Part shown: piece after piece, positions 28,598-32,000 of the stretch
Layout: each line of letters opens with the position of its first letter
Position numbering within the stretch: position 1 is the stretch's first letter
Assembly (NCBI GenBank): GCA_010202845.1
Contig: CP047921.1
Location: 330,001 to 362,000, forward strand
Length of the DNA: 32,000 bases
Reading direction: 5' to 3'
From: Candidatus Saccharibacteria bacterium oral taxon 488
GTDB lineage: Bacteria; Patescibacteriota; Saccharimonadia; Saccharimonadales; Saccharimonadaceae
The notes under the pieces: model-generated
What the model was told of the DNA's origin: nothing
The model's database searches: none
What the model saw: the letters and a program-made list of their open reading frames with translations, nothing else
Position numbers and translations under genes: made by a program

Positions 28598-29851
28598 TCA
28601 CATTATATCATAATATTTGTATTTTTCAAGTATCTGGCGGACGTCGTCGGTGCTGGTGGTGTGCATCAACTGTTCGCGCAGTTCCTTGGCGCCATCAAAG
28701 TCGCGGATGTAGATTTTGAAGAAGCGTTTGAGGGTTTCGAAGGGGCGGCCGAGAGTTGGTTGATAGCGGTCAAAGAGATCGAGGTGGTAGTGTAATAAGG
28801 CGATTAGTTCAGTTTTACGGGTGGTAATGGATAGTTCTGCTCCCTCGGAGTGTTCTTTACGGATGGCTTCGCTCGCCTCTCGGACATCGTCAGAAAAGCC
28901 GGGGTCACCAGCGCCACGCTCCTGCGCTGGAGTACTCTTTTCGCTTGCATCTCCACTGGAGATACTACGCGAGCGTTCGGCTGAAACGTCCGCTCCTCGC
29001 GAACGTTTCACAGCCTCCAGCGCAGAAGGTGTCGCTGGCGCTGGTGTATCTGACGTGAGTGGCGTCTCAGAAAAAATCTGGGATTGTCTCGGGTCCCGGA
29101 TTGTTTTATGAGATACCGCTCGAGATGCTCGAAAACAAAACGGATCGCTGAAAATGCCCCGCCCGATCATGACGCCGTTGATGCCGGGATGTTGACGGAC
29201 TAGCTCTAGACCATGGGTTCGGTTGCGGATATCGCCGTTGATAGTTAGTAAAGTTTGTGGGGCGATTTCATCGCGTAGTTTGATGATGTCGTTGATGAGC
29301 TCGTAATGCGCTGGGACTTTACTCATTTCTTTTTTGGTGCGTAGGTGGATGGTTAGGTTGGCGAGGTTTTGCGTGAGTAAGGTGCTAAGCCATTCGCGCC
29401 ATTCGTCGATATAAGTATAGCCCAGCCTGGTTTTAACGCTGACTGGCAATCCAGCAGTTTTAGCAGCGGCAATGGCGGCGACCGCTACGTCGGGCTGGCG
29501 GATCAGTGCCGCTCCCCCGCTTTTGATGGCGGATTTGGCGGGACAACCCATGTTGATGTCAATGCCGTCAAAGCCGAGCTCCATGCAGTGAGCGGCAAAT
29601 TGTTCCATGTCGCCCGGCTCACCGCCCCAGATTTGGGCGACCAGCGGATGCTCATCGTCGGTCTTGACGAGCCGCCCAGCGATGGCCTTGTCGCCAGCGT
29701 GCACCCAGCCAGTTGCATTGGCAAACTCGGTGAAAAACACGTCGGGCGCGCCCGCCTGTTTCACGACATGGCGAAACACCACGTCCGTGACGGCTTCCAT
29801 GGGTGCCAAGATGAAAAATGGCTGCGGTAGATTGTCCCAAAATGATGTCAT
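28598..29851 (-). CDS. dus: tRNA-dihydrouridine synthase (Dus family) carrying an in-frame insertion
   Basis: Motifs are ILAPMEAVTDVVFR, GFDGIDINMGCP, TIHLRTKKE, INGDI and GVMIGRG. A low-complexity insert lies between the TIM barrel (…DPFCF) and the C-terminal helical domain (…ELIALLHYHLDLF). Confidence 0.9.
   Translation of the reverse strand: MTSFWDNLPQPFFILAPMEAVTDVVFRHVVKQAGAPDVFFTEFANATGWVHAGDKAIAGRLVKTDDEHPLVAQIWGGEPGDMEQFAAHCMELGFDGIDINMGCPAKSAIKSGGAALIRQPDVAVAAIAAAKTAGLPVSVKTRLGYTYIDEWREWLSTLLTQNLANLTIHLRTKKEMSKVPAHYELINDIIKLRDEIAPQTLLTINGDIRNRTHGLELVRQHPGINGVMIGRGIFSDPFCFRASRAVSHKTIRDPRQSQIFSETPLTSDTPAPATPSALEAVKRSRGADVSAERSRSISSGDASEKSTPAQERGAGDPGFSDDVREASEAIRKEHSEGAELSITTRKTELIALLHYHLDLFDRYQPTLGRPFETLKRFFKIYIRDFDGAKELREQLMHTTSTDDVRQILEKYKYYDIM
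28908..29082 (-). repeat. intragenic hairpin-rich repeat element, copy 2 (in dus, sense orientation)
   Basis: 28908-28983 is the exact reverse complement of 19267-19342. Homology extends to about 29082. Arms lie at 28919-28932 and 29015-29028 (13/14). Confidence 0.9.
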
Positions 29852-29858
29852 CTCTGTT

Positions 29859-29867
29859 ATTTTACCA
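29859..29867 (-). promoter_or_regulatory. extended -10 promoter TGGTAAAAT, 7 nt from dus ATG (leaderless)
   Basis: The reverse complement of 29859-29867 reads TGGTAAAAT. It directly abuts the T-tract of the upstream terminator. Confidence 0.5.
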
Positions 29868-29880
29868 CAAAAAGGAAAAT

Positions 29881-29910
29881 CCCCTCACTCTCGCCATTGA
29901 GAATGAGGGG
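29881..29910 (-). terminator. intrinsic terminator of the upstream non-coding locus
   Basis: 12-bp stem CCCCTCATTCTC / GAGAGTGAGGGG on the minus strand (1 mismatch) with a 6-nt loop. It is followed by ATTTTCCTTTTTG. Confidence 0.75.
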
Positions 29911-30025
29911 TGTTGGCGGGTTCAAGCGGTTCTGCTCGGAGTTAATCTCAACGTTGAGAAAAGCTACCACGAGTGAATCTCGCGAGCCCGGGAGGGAGAG
30001 ATGACACGCCATTGTGCCATCTCAG

Positions 30026-30096
30026 TGGATGTGACGGGACTTGAACCCGCAAGGCGCATCGGTTTTTAAGACCTTGCCTTCTTACCTAGCACACCC
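30026..30096 (-). ncRNA. tRNA-like module (7-bp acceptor stem with G3-U70, T-arm, discriminator A; anticodon/D arms replaced by one hairpin)
   Basis: Minus-strand sequence is GGGTGTG-CTAGGTAAG-[AAGGC..GGT-CTTAAAA-ACC..GCCTT]-GCGGG-TTCAAGT-CCCGT-CACATCC-A. It cannot be folded into a canonical cloverleaf. No CCA is encoded. Confidence 0.5.
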
Positions 30097-30515
30097 TGTG
30101 ATTCTTTTCCGGATTACCGGTCGGCGAATCAAGCCGGGGGCGGACGGACGCCCTTTTGCTGACGCGGGGTCAGCGGGTTTCGGGGTCGCACAAACCCCGA
30201 CCGTCACAATATAATAGCTAGTTCATCTTACCACACGCGTGGCAAGCCCACGAGTTTCCCCGTGGGACCGAGCTAATGTTATTTTTCTGGGAGCAGTGCT
30301 TACACCGCACCCAGATTGGGTTCGTCCAGCCTGACGCACTAGACGAGCCTTCGTAGTTGCCGAACAAGGGTTTTCACCCCCTCCCCGCCGCGGTTGCGGC
30401 GATAGAAAAGAGCTAATCCTCTTATCAGACCATGCCTTTGTGCGAAGCATAGTCAGGGCTTGGTATTATTCGCAATACCTCGCCAGTATTAGCTCCGTGA
30501 ACAAAAGCAAGTATA

Positions 30516-30544
30516 TATATATCAATAATAGCAAGCCATGTCAA
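30516..30544 (-). promoter_or_regulatory. near-consensus sigma70-type promoter TTGACA-17 nt-TATATA driving the non-coding locus
   Basis: On the minus strand, TTGACA lies at 30544-30539, followed by a 17-nt spacer and TATATA at 30521-30516. Confidence 0.65.
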
Positions 30545-30563
30545 TAGTTTTTGTCAAGATTAC

Positions 30564-32000
30564 CTACGCTACCTCTGTTAATAAATCCTCCTCAAACTGC
30601 AGCATCCCCTTATAATCCGCTGAATACCCAGAGATATCCGGTAGTTCCAGCATGGTGATTTTCCGCCAGACGACATTGATTAGCCGGGCAAATTCAGCCA
30701 ATTCCTCCTTAGAGAACGTGTCCTCCAGGCTGAGGATGCCGCCAGTTTTCATGTCCGGCTCGACGAATTGCAGGCGGGCGCCGGTGAAGGTGAAATTGCC
30801 ATAATCGCGTGATGACGTGACTAAGAGTTGATAAAACATCAGCTGCTGGCGGTATTTGTGGAGCTTGATTCTTTCGTAATCAGACGCGCCCTTCCAGGAG
30901 TGCGATGGCTTGCCGGTCTTGTAATCGGTCACGAATATGGTTTTATTATTCTTATCAATATCAGCGACGTCCAGCTTGCCGGTCAGGCGCGCGCCGCTAA
31001 CGACGACGCCTTGATGAGCGAAATCGAGTTCCGCGAGCTCCGTGTCACGAAAATCAGACGATTTGGCGTCCAGAAACGCCGTCAGCGCCGCCGTGCCTTT
31101 GTCTAGATATAGCTCGAAATCGTCGGGCAGCAGGTGCTGGGTCTCGAGCGATGTGCGGAAATGTTGGAGGATGCGCTCGGCAGGCGGCAGGCGGTGGTCA
31201 GCGCCTAGCAGATTGTGCAGCTGCTGGAGACTGGCGTGAATGGCGGTGCCGTAGCTGGCGGCGGGATTTTTGGCGGACGGAAAGCGCAGCAGATTATTCA
31301 ACAAAAAGTTCTGCGGGCCGCCGCGCGAGACGTCGAGGAAGTTATTCAGATGCGTAATGGAAAGTTTGTAGGTTTCTAAGGTCGGCGCTAGTACATCCTT
31401 GAGCTCCGCGGTAATCGGCGCGCTCAGCCGCGTGCTCCAGTCGGTTTGCGCCATAGTGATTTGCGCCGCGGGCGTGTCGGCGGCGGGGATAATCGTCGGT
31501 GTGTGGGCGGTCAGGAAGCTGGCGATCATGGTGTCGCTACCGGCGTCGTTGGTCTGGGAATAGGTCATGGTCAGGGTGGTCTTGGCGCGGGTCATCGCTA
31601 CGAAAAATAGCCGCAGCCGCTCGTCGTAGCTGGCGCCGGCGGGCTGGAGCTGGAGGTTGGCGGGATAGCGAATCAGCCGCGAGCGCGAGCGGACTTTCTC
31701 GCCCCACGCGCTGTCGATTGCCCCAATGACGAAAACGTGCGGGAACTCCAGGCCTTTGGATTTGTGGGCGGTCATCAGGTTGATGGCGCCACCGAGGGTG
31801 CTGGCCTGGGGACGGATGTATGTCAGGCGGGTTTTGGTCGAGCGGTGCAGGTCGATGAACTCTAAAAAGTCCGCCAGCGTCGGTATTGCGTCGGTGACGC
31901 GGTCGCGTAATTTTTGGCGCAGTGTGCGCAGGCTCTCGAGCGTGGTTAGATAGGCGTCGGGGTTTTGGGCGAGGTTATCGGGCGAGAAGTAGTGGGCGGC
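30564..32000 (-). CDS. UvrD/PcrA/AddA-type SF1 helicase with C-terminal RecB-like (PD-(D/E)XK) nuclease domain, C-terminal part only
   Basis: I checked the frame by hand and it is open from 32000 down to the stop at 30564. Helicase motif INLMTAHKSKGLEF is present. The C-terminal nuclease motif is GKLDVADID...IFVTDYKTGK. The N-terminus lies beyond the right edge. Confidence 0.85.
   Translation of the reverse strand, partial: AAHYFSPDNLAQNPDAYLTTLESLRTLRQKLRDRVTDAIPTLADFLEFIDLHRSTKTRLTYIRPQASTLGGAINLMTAHKSKGLEFPHVFVIGAIDSAWGEKVRSRSRLIRYPANLQLQPAGASYDERLRLFFVAMTRAKTTLTMTYSQTNDAGSDTMIASFLTAHTPTIIPAADTPAAQITMAQTDWSTRLSAPITAELKDVLAPTLETYKLSITHLNNFLDVSRGGPQNFLLNNLLRFPSAKNPAASYGTAIHASLQQLHNLLGADHRLPPAERILQHFRTSLETQHLLPDDFELYLDKGTAALTAFLDAKSSDFRDTELAELDFAHQGVVVSGARLTGKLDVADIDKNNKTIFVTDYKTGKPSHSWKGASDYERIKLHKYRQQLMFYQLLVTSSRDYGNFTFTGARLQFVEPDMKTGGILSLEDTFSKEELAEFARLINVVWRKITMLELPDISGYSADYKGMLQFEEDLLTEVA

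Larger units (their letters stand above)
29870..30509 (-). ncRNA. unclassified, highly structured non-coding RNA locus (about 640 nt from predicted TSS to terminator)
   Basis: There is no credible ORF. The locus is flanked by a consensus promoter and a terminator on the minus strand. It contains many GC-rich hairpins, for example 30479-30462, 30401-30386 and 30266-30247. A junction is closed by GACGG 30205-30201 / CCGTC 30147-30143 and encloses the stems 30200-30180 and 30173-30159. A further hairpin lies at 30023-29998. G-U pairs occur only on the minus strand. Confidence 0.6.

Noticed and set aside
30026-30096. Canonical tRNA-Leu(UAA), suggested by the CTTAAAA loop and the Leu-like T-arm
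   Set aside because: It is only 71 nt. The would-be anticodon stem has 3 bp, and there is no D-stem and no long variable arm. I could not fold it into a cloverleaf.
30223-30450. 75-aa minus-strand ORF inside the structured RNA locus
   Set aside because: It is Arg/Gly-rich with no start context, and it lies across strongly paired hairpins. The region is better explained as non-coding RNA.
29870-30509. Assignment of the locus as tmRNA (ssrA) or RNase P RNA
   Set aside because: The only 5' partner for the 3' acceptor strand is 57 nt upstream, leaving no room for a tag-reading frame or pseudoknots. No tag-like ORF ending in a hydrophobic/Ala-Ala stretch was found in any frame of the upstream RNA. 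The universal RNase P CR-I sequence GAGGAAAGUCC is absent from both strands. A weak resemblance remains (GGGTGCGGTGTAAGCAC, CCCGGCTTGAT), so a covariance-model search is still needed.

Overview
Gene-dense window, mostly minus-strand, from a mid-GC bacterium. It has a small-genome, Gram-positive-like envelope toolkit: sortase, PEGA, DUF3048, VanY-type M15 peptidases and GT4 transferases. The gene set resembles Saccharibacteria/TM7-type genomes, but I cannot verify that without a database search. Core content: gltX, tRNA-Leu(CAA), xth, smpB, an ABC-F ATPase, a glutaredoxin-like protein, a complete F1Fo ATP synthase operon (atpZ-like, atpB-E-F-H-A-G-[extra ORF]-D-C), a Dus-family tRNA-dihydrouridine synthase, and the C-terminal part of a UvrD/AddA-type helicase-nuclease. 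Six things stand out. (1) A hairpin-rich element of about 175 nt, with a 76-nt identical core, is inserted in frame and in sense orientation into two unrelated housekeeping genes (ABC-F and dus). Compensatory base changes preserve an 11-bp hairpin that is fully paired only in the mRNA-sense strand. atpH carries a third, different in-frame hairpin-rich insert. (2) A low-GC, translationally coupled ORF sits between atpG and atpD. It looks like a SixA/histidine phosphatase with its catalytic residues replaced. (3) A low-GC gene with an atypical protein-kinase fold abuts the stop codon of dus. (4) A non-coding locus of about 630 nt runs from a consensus promoter to a terminator and is densely structured. 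It contains a 71-nt tRNA-like module (G3-U70 acceptor stem plus T-arm, no anticodon arm) and, by eye, fits neither tmRNA nor RNase P RNA. (5) A low-GC island of four orphan helical-protein genes lies next to smpB. (6) Most genes that begin a transcription unit have a TGnTAnAnT extended -10 box 5-11 nt from the start codon, a leaderless architecture. No CRISPR array, transposase, integrase or rRNA was seen. All domain calls come from motif recognition by eye, and GC values are hand counts on sample lines.
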